DNA of 64,000 nucleotides from the human T2T-CHM13v2.0 reference genome, Homo sapiens, in NCBI RefSeq assembly GCF_009914755.1, contig NC_060930.1; one strand, written 5' to 3'. Positions 42,911 through 55,180 of this stretch are shown here, piece after piece. The notes below the pieces were generated by a model. That model saw only the letters and a list, made by a program, of their open reading frames with translations, was not told where the DNA came from and ran no database searches. The translations under genes were made by a program, and so were the position numbers. How positions within the stretch are numbered: position 1 is the stretch's first letter; each line of letters opens with the position of its first letter.

Positions 42911-43058
42911 CATTTAAAATTATCTTGAAAACAATAGAAAATTATTTTGTTGTTGTTTTTTAAAGTCCCCTCTCAGTTGAAAATTGGCACAGAAGAGCAA
43001 CATCAAAAAAGTAAGTGATTAGAATGCACACACATGCATACATACATACACATAGTAA

Positions 43059-44379
43059 TGAGGGGACTTTATAAAGTGTGTGAAAATGAAATTAAAAGAT
43101 CAAAATAAAAAATATAAACATTATTTCTCAACGTAAGACTTATCAAGTTCAAGACAGTTTTGTAAGTAATGATACCAGCTAGTTAATCCATCTCTAAAGA
43201 ACAGATTATCCTGATAATGTAATCATGTCAATACAGTCTCTTTTACATTATTAACTGAAGAAAAATGAGTTCCATTTAAAGATTCTTTAAGATTTGGAAA
43301 CAAATAGAAATCAGAAGGAGCCAAATCAGGACTATAAGGTGGATGTCTGATGATTTCCCATCAAAATTCTTGCAAAATTGCCTTTGTTTGATGAGAGGAA
43401 TGAGCAGGACCATAGTCACGGTGGAAAAGGACTCTCTGGTAAAGTTTTCTGGGGTGTTTTTCTGCTAAAGTGTTGGCCAAATTTCCCAAAATACCACCAT
43501 AATAAGCAGATGTTATTGTTCTTTGGCCTTCCAGAAAGTCACCAAGCAAAATGCTTTGAGCATCACCTAAAAACTGTCTCCATGACCTTTGCTCTTGACT
43601 GGTCCACTTTTGCTTTGACTGGACCACTTCCACCACTTGCACCACTTTGTACCCATTACTTTGATTGTGCTTTGTCTTCAGTCTATTGCAGGTAAAGTAA
43701 TGTTTCATCTCCTGTTACAATTATTTGAAGAAATGCTTTAGGATCTTGATCCCACTTGTTTAAAATTTCCATAGAAAAGTCTGCTCTTGTCTGTAGCTGA
43801 TCTGGCTGCAACAATTTTGGCACCCGTTGAGTAGAAAGTTTGCTCAACTTGAATTTTTCAGTCAGAATTGTGTAAGCTGAACCAATTGAGATGTCTATGG
43901 TGTTGGCTATTGTTTCTGCTGTTTGTCATTGGTCCTCTTCAATTAGGGCACAAACAAAATCATTTTTTTCCTTCAAAATTGATGTGGATGATCTGCAGCT
44001 GTAGACTTCATTTTCAAATTTGTCTCATCCCTTCTTAAAAAGGGTTATCAATTTGTAAACTACTGATTTCTCTGGGGCATTGTCCCCATAAACTTATTGT
44101 AAAGCAGCAATAATTTCACCATTCTTCCACCCAAGCTTCACCATAAATTGGATGTTTGTTCTTACTTCAGTTTTAAAGGAATTCGTGTTGCTTCGATAGG
44201 GGCTCTATTCAAACTGAAGTTTTATCTTTCTGAGTGCTGCAAAACTAGATCCTATTCATACATGTTATAACAAGTTAGTACAAATTAGTACAAGTTTATT
44301 TTGGTACAAAACAATTTGAAATCCACACACTACTTTTTTTATAATATGCACTTTCCATGAACTTTTTGATGACCCCTTG
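43059..44379 (-). mobile_element. HSMAR2 mariner DNA transposon, full length, transposase pseudogenised
   Basis: TIRs 'tgaggggactttataaagtgtgtgaaaat' and 'ctttccatgaactttttgatgaccccttg' followed by TA (44380-81); ORF 43361-43708 'DAQSILLGDFLEGQRTITSAYY...RVLFHRDYGPAHSSHQTKAILQEF' is the mariner catalytic domain. Confidence 0.95.
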
Positions 44380-45769
44380 TAGATATACAGTAATTTTTGC
44401 AAACCGAGAATTTGAAGACACCAGTCCTCTTAAAGATTTTCCTAATTCATAAAAATCACTTAGTAAGTGTTATCAGAAACTGTTTGTTAAATAACAGTAT
44501 ACACATAACTTTAATATCAACATTTGCTGAAGATCAGTGTTTTAGCCTTTCTACCCAGGTCAGGTTGTGAAAGATAATGGAAAACAACCTCAAATAAAAG
44601 AAGCCATATATCTCTTTCATCTTTCTGCTTAGGTGTACATGTTATGTATGTAGCTCTTGTATTGAGGAAGAAATAAAAACTAGCGCAGCTTCTGTGTGGA
44701 TCTTTGTTTTACATTCAAGAGTATACCAAGCATAGAGGAAAGCTGACATATTAACTATTACAAAATTGTTTAGAATATGTGTACAAATATTGCACCAAGT
44801 GTTTATTACAGTCATTGTAAAAAGACTTCCTAATAAATTCTTAGGTAAATTTTTGCTGCCATCAGAAATTACATACTAAATACTAAATAAATACTAAATA
44901 CTGTGTCAGAAATTTTTCTAGTGCTTGATGTGACATTCTACCTGCAAAATATACATTCACCCAGGAAAGAGTTAAATACAATCAAAAGGAGAGATGGGTA
45001 AAAAGGGGAAAAAATCTTCAAATATTTATTGAGAAACTTTGTGTCATATTTTTCCAAAAATAGTTATTTTTCAGAGAGAACACAGATGATTATTCTCATG
45101 AGTTAATTCTTAATAACTTTTCATCAATATTTACTTAAATGAACAACTTTCATGAACTTTCTAGTTTAATTTATTAAGTGCAATTTAAAAGTAAAGAACA
45201 GATACAGTTTATGGTGAAATCATTAACATATGATTTACACAGAATTTTGCATGTACCCATGTATTTATAAAATATGTATTTGTAGCTTAATATAAATAAT
45301 GTGGCTAAATTAAGCTACAATTACATATTATTTTCTCTAGTTTATGAATTTGATCTCTACTATTGGTTTACTATTACCTACATAAATAAACCAGTTTAAA
45401 TTAAATATTATTTTAAGGGAAATATATGTCAGGACAGTTAACAAAGAACCTAAGTTTAAATGCGTACATCTATAATATTGCATATTATGTTTTTATAAGC
45501 GTAGTGACAACTTTTAACATTCAAAGAAAGCTCTCATTTAAGTACATAAAATTCCAGATAGATTTCCATGGTAAAATCAAGTTTGGCCTATTTTCCCTTT
45601 GTATACATTGTAACACAAATCTATTTTCTCTTGTGCAGTTACATACTTAGTAGGTAACATGCACACACACACACATACATACATAAATTTTTTTTTCCAT
45701 ATTTATTTTTGCTGTTGGGTTTGTACTCACAAACCATAACAAAAGTGGAACTTGCAAGTCCAACTGCTA

Positions 45770-46200
45770 CTAGAATTTGATTGTAAACAATGAAAACAAA
45801 CTCTACCTAAGTAAACAGAAAAGAAATCTGTTAGAAGGACATGGATTAGCTCACACAGTCAAAGGGAAAGTTGATAAGTAACCCCATGAAGGACAGGTCC
45901 TAGGGTAGTTCCGGAGGTCTAGGAGGAATCAGTGAACAACACCCCCAGAAAGCTCACTGGAATGAATCTGCACTGGCCATTTTCTGTCTCGACATCACTC
46001 TACTCAGAATTCAGATATAGGGGAGAGAGTCTGATCTGCACAGCCAGGTGCATGAGGCCACAACTTGACTGGGGCAGCTGGACATCTTCACTGAAATTAC
46101 CGAGAAGAAAGTTGGCATTTGAGAAGACATAGATTCCCAAAGGAAAAGTGAACTGTTGTTACTGAAAAGAGGAAGTGATTCTGGGCAGGCAAAAGCAGTA
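45770..46200 (-). mobile_element. Old MLT1-family MaLR LTR
   Basis: 'gattgtaaacaatgaaaacaaactct...agaaatctgttagaagga...agctcaca', 'ggagagagtctgat', 'ttcccaaaggaaaa'. Confidence 0.55.
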
Positions 46201-46469
46201 CATGTTCTTAGATTCTAAAATATGGGATACCATCACTACCATAATATTTACTTTTAATTTCTACCTATGGCTTCAATCATTAATAGTTTATACATTCAAA
46301 TGGGAGGATATTATAACTAGCAAGGCTTTCATTAAAAATAATGAATTAAAAAGCCAGGACTTTTTAAATTTATCCTATTTATCTCTTTCATTCACCTATT
46401 ACTGCTAAGCTTTCATGAAGCACGCAAGCCTTATACAGATAATCTCTTTGCACTTGAATAAGTATTGAC

Positions 46470-46625
46470 TACAAGCCAGGAGACCTAGACTCTATTCCCA
46501 GTTGCTTCTCTAATGTTCTAGGAGATATTAACTGAATGCTTTTTAGGATTTAGTTTCTTCATTTGTGAAACGAAGGCATTAGAATACATTAAGCTCCGGC
46601 TGTAGCATTCATTCTGTGGTTTGGT
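46470..46625 (+). mobile_element. MIR/MIR3 fragment
   Basis: 'agccaggagacctagactcta...tagtttcttcatttgtgaaa'. Confidence 0.6.
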
Positions 46626-46774
46626 GATGGCAGGCAGAATTCTCTGCTGTTGGTTTCTGCCACCCTTTCCCAGGGTCAGGCCTTTCCGCAGAGGAGCCAT
46701 TGGCTTTGTGCTTATAATTCCAGGAGGATGACTACTGGCAGGAGAATATCCAGCTCCTGCTGAGGAGTTAAGAT

Positions 46775-47140
46775 GAGTTCATTCAATCATTCACTGATGC
46801 ACTCACTCAATGAATCATTAACCAAGCTTACAGTATTCCAAGCATTAGGGGATGCAGGTGAGAGCCGCTACTCTCAAGAAGCTCACAGATTCTGGTTCAT
46901 AGTAATCCCTAAATAAGAAACAAGATCTCGTGAATTTGAAGAAAACTGAAGGCAAGAAAGAGTTATATAAAGATCAGTTCATCCAGGTGTGCTAACTGTA
47001 GAGAGAGGTTATGTATAAAGGCTACGGAAGCAAGGAAGTGTGCACTCCTCCCATTGCAGGAGGTCAGAGGGCCAGGTATAGTTCTGGAGGACTTAAAAAA
47101 CAAACAGGAGTTTGAGGCATTTATTTATTCAACAGTTATT
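46775..47140 (-). mobile_element. Degraded L2 fragments
   Basis: 'ttcattcaatcattcac...ctctcaagaagctcacag' and 'atttattcaacagttattga'. Confidence 0.5.
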
Positions 47141-47309
47141 GAACACCTTTGTGAAAACCCTGTTGGGCAATGGAGAATGGCTATGGAAATGAACCAGAGT
47201 GTATAGAAGATAGAGTGAGAGCAGAGGGAGGATAGGAAAGGAAAGATGTTTTCAACAGAAAAGTCAAGAAACAGCACACCTGCAGTTATGACTTCACAAA
47301 AACAGAATA

Positions 47310-47545
47310 ATACTAGCAGCTATGACCTAGTGCTTGCTGTTTGCTAGGCATGTTTCTAACTGCTTTCCAGGTACCAATTTATTTTTGAGACAGGTACTGT
47401 TACTATTTCTATTTTTCAGTTGAGAAAATGGAGAGAGTTTAAGAAATCTTCCCAGGGTAATGTGGTAAGAATGCAGCAGGCTTGCGATTCGAACCCAGAC
47501 AAAGCAGTCTTCGGAGTCTGGATGTTTAATCATCAAGCTATACCA
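47310..47545 (-). mobile_element. MIR SINE
   Basis: 'atttttcagttgagaaaatggag...tcttcccagggt...gattcgaacccagac' (tRNA-derived B box). Confidence 0.8.
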
Positions 47546-48589
47546 CTTCCCTGCACATTTTCAATAGTTGAACAAACAATCATCCAATATAAATTTAGTA
47601 GGGTTGATCTATTTTAGACCAAATCAAAATACCGAGCCAGTTTAAAAGAATAAATTAGTACACACAACTATAAATATTCTTCTTAAAATTACACCATCAT
47701 TTCCTTTTTATAGTCTCTTCACCCCACCCCCAGGATACATTTTCTCCAAATGCAGGCTTTATGACAGAATCTTTGGCTAGAAATGAACACTTGGATAGAA
47801 CTGGGAAAAATCTGATCTATTTGGGATTTCTTAGGTTAGAAAAGGAAAACTTCTTTTGAAAATGGAAAAGTGTGTTTATTTTGTTTACAGGAAGAATAGT
47901 ATTTTTGGTTCATAATAATTCCTAAGCAGAGGCAGGTGAAAGCCACTACTCTCTAGTTTCTCAAGTAACAAAATCTTGTTAATTTGAGAAAACCTGAAGG
48001 AAAATAAATAAATGTACTATTGTGGGTCAATCTAATCACAGTTCCCCCCTCAGATTTAAAGTGTAACATTATTAAGAGTTATAAAAAGTTGTTATTTGAT
48101 TACAGAATCTTTTATTTTATTAGTAGCACTCATTTTTAAATACATTATCTGGAGATACATAATCTTGTACCAAGTTTTGGTTGTGATTTTTTGAAACTGG
48201 TAACAAGGAACTTAAGAACTAATACTATTACAAATTAAAAAGCATGACATATACACATTCTCACAATAGAGCCACACAGCAAAGTTTGAAGGATCATGTA
48301 GAGATAACTTTTTGATCTCTATAGGATTATTTTCCATTAAATAATGAAAATCTTAAGTCTAAAGCCCAAATTTTTCCATCAGAATTCTTTCTAGGCTTTT
48401 TCATAACTCACAGAACTGTTTCTTTCCTCTGAATTTCCACGACATACTCTCTTTTTTCAAGGTATTTGGCCCTTCTTTGCCTGAAATATAAAGGACTACT
48501 ATATGTGTATAATTGTTCTTATGCTGTGTGAAGCATGTTCACTGTGCACTGGTTACCCATTTGTCTGAGTCTGGTGACAAATGCAAGTC

Positions 48590-48900
48590 TCTCTGGTTTG
48601 AGGCCTTTGCTTATGCTGTTTCTTTGGCCTGAAGCACCTTCGCCCACTTGTTCACCTAGCTACTATGCATTCCTTCTTCAGTTCTAACTCAGATATTACT
48701 GTTTTCAGGAAGCCTCTTCTGGCACCCCACATGCACTTAGCTGTCCTTCTTCTGTACTCCCATACCTCTTCCATTATTGTGTATGTTCTTTAAGTGCCCG
48801 TTGACTTGGCTGTCTTCCTGCGGGATTGTTAGCAAAGACCTCTTTATTACCTATCAAAGAATCTGACACCTAATAGGGGCCAGGAATATGAATGAATTAA
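48590..48900 (+). mobile_element. L2 3' fragment
   Basis: 'ggcctttgcttatgctgtttctttggcctgaag...tccttcttcag...tcaggaagcct...atgaatgaat'. Confidence 0.65.
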
Positions 48901-49103
48901 TATCTAGATCATCAGAATCTCCAAATCTTTTTTTGCCACATATTTTTGGCCATGTTTTTACAAAGATCCACTTTCCTAAATCTGAAACTTAGAGAAAAAA
49001 TTTCCATGAATTATTTACCCTGATCTCACTAAGTTTTATAATTTAAACTTTTCTTAATTCTCTACCCTGACAAGATGATTCTTAATTTTAATTCAAGGCT
49101 CCC

Positions 49104-49476
49104 TGATATAGTTTGGCTGTGTTCCCACCCAAATCTCATCTTGAATTGTAGTTCCCATAATCCCTACATATTGTGGAAGGGACCCAGTGGGAGGTAATTG
49201 AATCATGGGGGTGGTTACCCTCATGCTGTTCCCATGATAGTGAGTAAGTTATCATGAGATCTGATGGTTTTATAAGGGGCTTTTCCCCCTCTTCTCTCGA
49301 CACCTGCGCTTCCTGCTGCCATGTGAAGAAGGACTTGTTTACTTCTCCTTCCACCATGATTGTAAGTTTCCTGAGGCTTCCCCAGCCATGCTGAACTGTG
49401 AGTCAATTAAGCCTGTTTCCTTTATAAATTGCCCATTCTTGGATATTTATTAGCAGCATGAGAACGGGCTAATACA
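49104..49476 (+). mobile_element. THE1C-like MaLR solo LTR
   Basis: TG...CA termini 'tgatatagtttggctgtgttcccacccaaatctcatcttgaattgtag' to 'gctaataca'; internal TATAA and ATTAAG. Confidence 0.93.
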
Positions 49477-51234
49477 CACACTCTGTGGGACTAATAGCCA
49501 CACTCTATTGCATATCTTCAGTGAACATGCTTTTTAGATATTCAGTCTTTTGCATCAAACATTTGAGCAAGAGGAATACCAGATAGCGCTAGGCCTAGTG
49601 TCATTCCTGGAGAACATGCCTCCATGGTGCTTCTCTGCGTGCAGGAGGTTGTGCCTGGTCCTCTGCTGCCTCTTGGCTTCCTTTCCACATTTCATCTGAA
49701 TCTGCTGCTCTGTGGTGCTGGTTTCTTCTCCCTGACACCTTGTAATTGGCCTGGACCTGGCTTCTTGTCTATGCCCTTGCCTCCTGGCCTGGAGCTGAGA
49801 TGTGCCTGCTGCTTGTCCTGTTCTGATCCCAGCACATTCAGCGCAGGGCATGCAGCTGTCATTATCATTAGCTGCATGGAGCACTTTCACATCCTAATGT
49901 TGCTTCCCATTAACTGCCCCTCTGATCCTCACAGCAGCTGGGAAAGGAAGGCACTTGTCATTTTCAAATCCTTTTGTATTTGTAGCAGTGTTGCAAATTT
50001 AATAACTTTGTTTCTCATAACCGATTTACTCTTTCTCACCTACTAGATTGTGTATTTTAAATTTAAGGATTCACAATAACTGAGTTTTCTTATGGTTTAG
50101 TCTTTTGGGGATACCTCAGTCTCTTCTGGGAAAATGCTAATTATTTAAGATTTTCTCTTCTTTTTTTTTACTCAACTCCAAGACACAATCATGATATCAC
50201 GTGAAGGGGGTGAGGAGGGTGGTAGCAAAAAGGAGTTTTGGATTCAGATGGTGACCTCGGTGGCCTCTCCCTGGTCTCTGCAGTTGAGTGGCTGGTCTGG
50301 TCCCTGGACTTGTGACTGTGGTGGCTGATAGTCCCATTTGCCCTGCGAGTTTTGTAAATACCTACCATTGGACTATTTGCCTATTTGTCTCTCTTCAGGA
50401 CCTTGTTAGTCCATTGGGCCTTCTGGAACTCTACTTTCCCCAGCAGGATACACAGGCACTTCTGGATCCCCTGCTCACCACAAGCAGGCCAGGAGAGCAG
50501 ACTCTTTGGTCTACACAACTCTCTCCACCAAGTGCCACTGTTGGGCTTCTCACCCCACTTGTCCTCCCAGAATTCCACAGAGGGAGCAATGCAAAGACTC
50601 TCTTCTTTCAGGTTCCCCAGTATATCTAATGCACCACCCTGCTGGCAAGACTTTTGCCTGGAAGAGATGGTTGAGAGTGAGTCTTACTTCCTGCCTCTGT
50701 CTCCCTTCTCTTTGCTGCAAATCTTCCCTAGGCCAAAAGAGATGATAGGCTGGCCTCTCCTTCCCCTTTGTCACATTCTTCTGAATATTGAAACCCTCTT
50801 GATTTTTGTATTCCAGTTATAATCCTAAAGCCTTGGGCAGAATAACCAAAGGTTACACATTAAGAAAAGTAAAAGAGGAAAAACTCATTAATATGTACCA
50901 AAATAATACAAATATTCCCAATACAATATTGGTTTGGAGAAAACATTAACTATAGCAAAATTTCATTAATTTGCACTGAAAGGTGGAGTCAGTCTGGATT
51001 AGCAAAATGTTTAAGTTATTGACTATTACTAAAGAAAAATAACATGAAAGTATGTAGAAAGAAAATAAAATATTATTAAAGATAAGAAAGAGACAACTGT
51101 TACTGAGCATTTGGAAGGGCTGGGCTCTACATGTTTTGTAGAGTGCTATATATGTTATGCATACATGTTGATATACATACATGTTACACATATATCACAT
51201 GTATATGTTAAGAGCTTTACATATACGAACCAAT

Positions 51235-51330
51235 TTGTCTTCACAATCTATTTTACAGAAGAGGAAATAACACAGAAAGATTAGCAAGTTGCCCAGTGTC
51301 AAGAAGTTCGTAAGTTGTTTTGCTAGGTTT
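51235..51330 (-). mobile_element. MIR fragment
   Basis: 'attttacagaagaggaaataacacagaaagattagcaagttgcccagtgtca'. Confidence 0.6.
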
Positions 51331-52061
51331 GCCTGACTAAGGCATCCTCATGTATAACTTCCATAAGATTCACCTTTTAAAAAAATAAATTCTATGAAAA
51401 AATTAACCAATAAAAGAAAATAATATAATTAGTATATTTTATATAGAAATGACCATTCTTGATATTTTCTCTTATTCACCTAGTATTATATAAAATTTCT
51501 CCATTGCTTATTTTTTGAACAAATACTTCATAAATTTTATAATGAAAGGTTTAGCCACTGTTTTACCTAGCTATTCAGAAAGTCCACCCTATAAGGATTT
51601 GCCTTAAGGCATTTTACTCTATGATTTACACAGAAATAAACACAATCTTTCCTTATTATATTTGTCATTTAATCTACTTTCTCTATGCCCTTTGTAATTA
51701 CAAGGTGTCAAAATATTTAGTCAATTCACTAGGAATTTTAAAAAAAACAGTCAAAGATCACTTAGCTTCACTTAACCATACAGCCTCTTGAACTGATTGG
51801 ACTGACAAAATGTAGAAAAATATGAGCTTTCAGACACTGTATTTAATAATAAGATATTTAGAAACAAAATATATGTTTAAATGACTTGCTTTGGAATAAA
51901 AGATATACTATTCAATACAAGCAGACACCTTAGGTAACTTTTGAAAATTGAACTATAAAAATCAAAATTTAAAAATAACCAACTATAAAAGTACTTTAAA
52001 ATTTTTGAAATAGGTATAATGGCAATAAAAGAAGGACTTTTAAGAACTTTATTAAATCTAG

Positions 52062-52365
<304 letters not shown>

Positions 52366-54330
52366 TTAGATCTTTATTTCTAATACCGTTCTCAAATTAA
52401 AGGTACCAAGTTTCCTTGAAGAAATGGCTGATTCTAGGACGGGGTCAGGGAATGTATATGATGAGCCTAAAGCATCTTATAGTGCTAGAAGGTAAGAAAG
52501 TCCTTAAAACCACACACACTCACAGCAGTAGGGGTATGACAAAGGAACACAGGAGCCGAATGAAAGAGCTAATGGCCAAAGCTGGAACAATTTGAGCAAC
52601 AATGTAAAGTAGTGTAGAATTATAACCGAAATGTAAAATAAATATCTATGAGTCCATACTGACTAAATTATTGAATAAATAAATAACTAATTGGAGGAAA
52701 AGAAACACATCTGTCGTGCAGAAGAATTCCAAATAATTTATGAAAATAGGCAGGGCACAGTGGCTCACTCTTGTAATCCCAGTACTTTGGGAGGCCTAGG
52801 TGGATTATCACTTGAGGCCAGGAGTTTGAGACTAGCCTGGCCAACATGGCAAAACCCTGTCTCTACTTAAAATACAAAAATTAGCTGGGCGTGTTGGCAC
52901 ACACCTGTAGTCCTAGCTACTCAGGAGGCTGAGGTGGGAGGATCACCTGAGCCCAGCAAGTGGCGGCTGCAGTGAGCCATGATTGCGCCACTGTACTCCA
53001 TCCAAGGTAACAAAGTGAGACTGTCTCAAAATAAATAAATAAATAAATAAATAATAAAAATATTCCACCCAAAAGTGATGAAACATAGCTCTCTACTCCT
53101 TAAGTGGAGGTTTTGTGTAGTGCTCCCCTTCTAAAGGGCACGGTGTAGAAATGGGGAAAAAAGAGTAGTTTTATAATGGAGACTGACAAACACTACCTCA
53201 GCCAGGTGATCAAGATTACATCAACAGTGATAATTAATATGTACAATATATACCTTTGATATGATGTCATAAAAACGGCACTTGACCTCTGTGGTCTCCT
53301 TCCCTAAAACCCATAACCCTTTCTGCAATGCACCTCACAAGTACTCCTCAAAACTGTCAAGGTCGTCAAAAGTAAGAAAAGTCTGAGAAACTGTCATAGC
53401 CAAGAGGAATCTAAGGAGTCATAACTACAAAGGCAATGTAATATCCTAGATGGGATCCTGGAACAGAAAAAATACATTAGGTAAGAACTAAGGACATCTC
53501 AATAAAGCATGGATTTTAGTTCATAATAATGTATCAATATTTGTTTGTTAATTTTAACAAATGTGCCATAGTAATTTAAGATATTAATAATAAGGAAAAC
53601 TGGATGTAAATTCTCTGTATGATCTTCACATATTTTTCTGTAAATCTAAACCTATTCTGAAATAATAAGTTCATTTTTAGAAAAGAAACTACATGTGAAT
53701 ATGATATTGCACAGCACATTTCTAGATCCTACTACTAGTATTCAGGAAACACATAGGACTGAAAAACATATTACACTACACCATGGGATACACTCAGTAA
53801 AATGTAGGTTGTAGAAAAGGCCATAGGACAATCACCCAGTTTCTTCAACAAATAAATTGCAAGAGGGAAAAAAAGAAAAAGTTGAAGATTAAAATAGAAT
53901 CGAGGCGTATTAACCAATCATAATGTGTGGGCCTTATTTGGTTACTGATTGAAACAAACTGCAAAAAAAATATAAAATTATGAAACAATTGGAAATTTGG
54001 ATACACACTAAATATTTAATGATATTAAGCAATTCTTGTTAATTGTATTTGGGATTTGATAATACTATTGTGATTAATTTTAAAAAATTCTTTCTTTTTA
54101 AAGATATATATTGAAATATTTAAGAGTTAAATTATAGGATATCTGATGTTTGCTCCAAAATAACATGGGGTAGAAGAGAAATCGATGGGAGTAGAGATGA
54201 AGTGAGACTGGCTATGATTTGTTAATTGTTGAAACTGGGTTAGGTGTGTGGGGATTCATGATACTACTCCATATGCCTAGTCACATGTTTAAAATTTTCC
54301 ATAATAAAATGTTAAATAAAATAAACCTAC
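52366..54330 (+). mobile_element. L1MC3/4-like long 3' UTR, interrupted by an AluJ
   Basis: 'ccttgaagaaatggctgattctagg', 'acactacctcagccaggtgatcaag', 'gggatcctggaacagaaaaa', ending 'tttccataataaaatg'. Confidence 0.8.
52749..53055 (+). mobile_element. AluJb-like with (AAAT)n tail
   Basis: J-type 'gaggtgggaggatcacctgagccca...ggctgcagtgagccatgat'. Confidence 0.93.
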
Positions 54331-54964
54331 AGAGAGAAAATAACAATCTAATAAGCCTTACTGTATAGTATTCTACTTGTAAATAGTGAAGTGTTTTCCA
54401 CCTACACATCACCAATTTTCAAAATAGCAGCTTGAAGATAGAAAGTGACATTTAAGCTGCATCTACAGGAAGCCAAAAATCTACTGGTTGATTTGATTAA
54501 TTCAGACAAAGAGCTAGTCAGTTTAGAAGAGGGAAAAAAAATCAAACTGCTCATTTTGCTGAGTTTACTGAATAGTACTTTGTATAGTAACATGCACATA
54601 ATAAGTGAATAAGTTATTAATATTTGCTGGTCAATAGATTACTGAATTTAATATTTGTCTGGCACCTTAATGAAGACATGATTTGACTGTCAACAAAAAC
54701 TATAAAAAAACTCAGAAACAAAGTAAAGGTCACAAGGCCTAGCTCTAGGTAAAACTGTGAAGGGAGCATTTATTTTTCAAATATTTACGTGCAATGAACA
54801 TCGCTGTAAACACACATAACCTAAGTTGATGATAAGTACCAAAGCATGAAACTATTATTAGATTAAGTTTTGATAAAATTCTATCAAAAGTTATAACAAT
54901 ATATATCTGTGCTGAAGTGGTATTTTAACGATTTACATACTATTTTTTTAAAGCCTAATATAAG

Positions 54965-55180
54965 GACCCTAATGCATAGAACTCTAAAATTTACAAAGCA
55001 CTTTCACGTTGCAGTATATCATGTTACCTCATTTTGGAAATCAGACAAAAATAGGTAATATTATCTGTGTTTATCAGGTAGAAAGTAGGCTCTGGGAGGC
55101 CCTGTAGTGTTCCCATTGCCAGAAGCAGAGGAATGGAGACTGAAACCCAGGTGTTATGGCACCAAGTCCAGTGCACTTAG
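54965..55180 (-). mobile_element. MIR SINE
   Basis: 'tttacaaagcactttcac...gactgaaacccaggtg...ccaagtccagtgc'. Confidence 0.65.

Noticed and set aside
43361-43708. A functional or domesticated transposase gene
   Set aside because: Only a short open fragment survives; both copies have frameshifts and stops, and copy 1 has lost its start codon (ATA at ~11841)
11657-44379. A 32.7-kb composite transposon bounded by the outer HSMAR2 TIRs
   Set aside because: The L1 sequence rejoins across copy 1 ('aattgaaata|ccatcaac'), so its inner and outer flanks were contiguous before insertion. The intervening DNA was neither carried in nor inverted at that end.
43059-44379. The HSMAR2 pair as an inverted segmental duplication
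   Set aside because: Homology stops at the TIRs and the flanks are unrelated
47480-47500. tRNA-like 'gattcgaaccc'
   Set aside because: It is the B box of a MIR SINE and there is no cloverleaf
49555-50822. Cluster of overlapping 110-145 aa ORFs on both strands
   Set aside because: No recognisable protein family; higher local GC lowers stop-codon frequency
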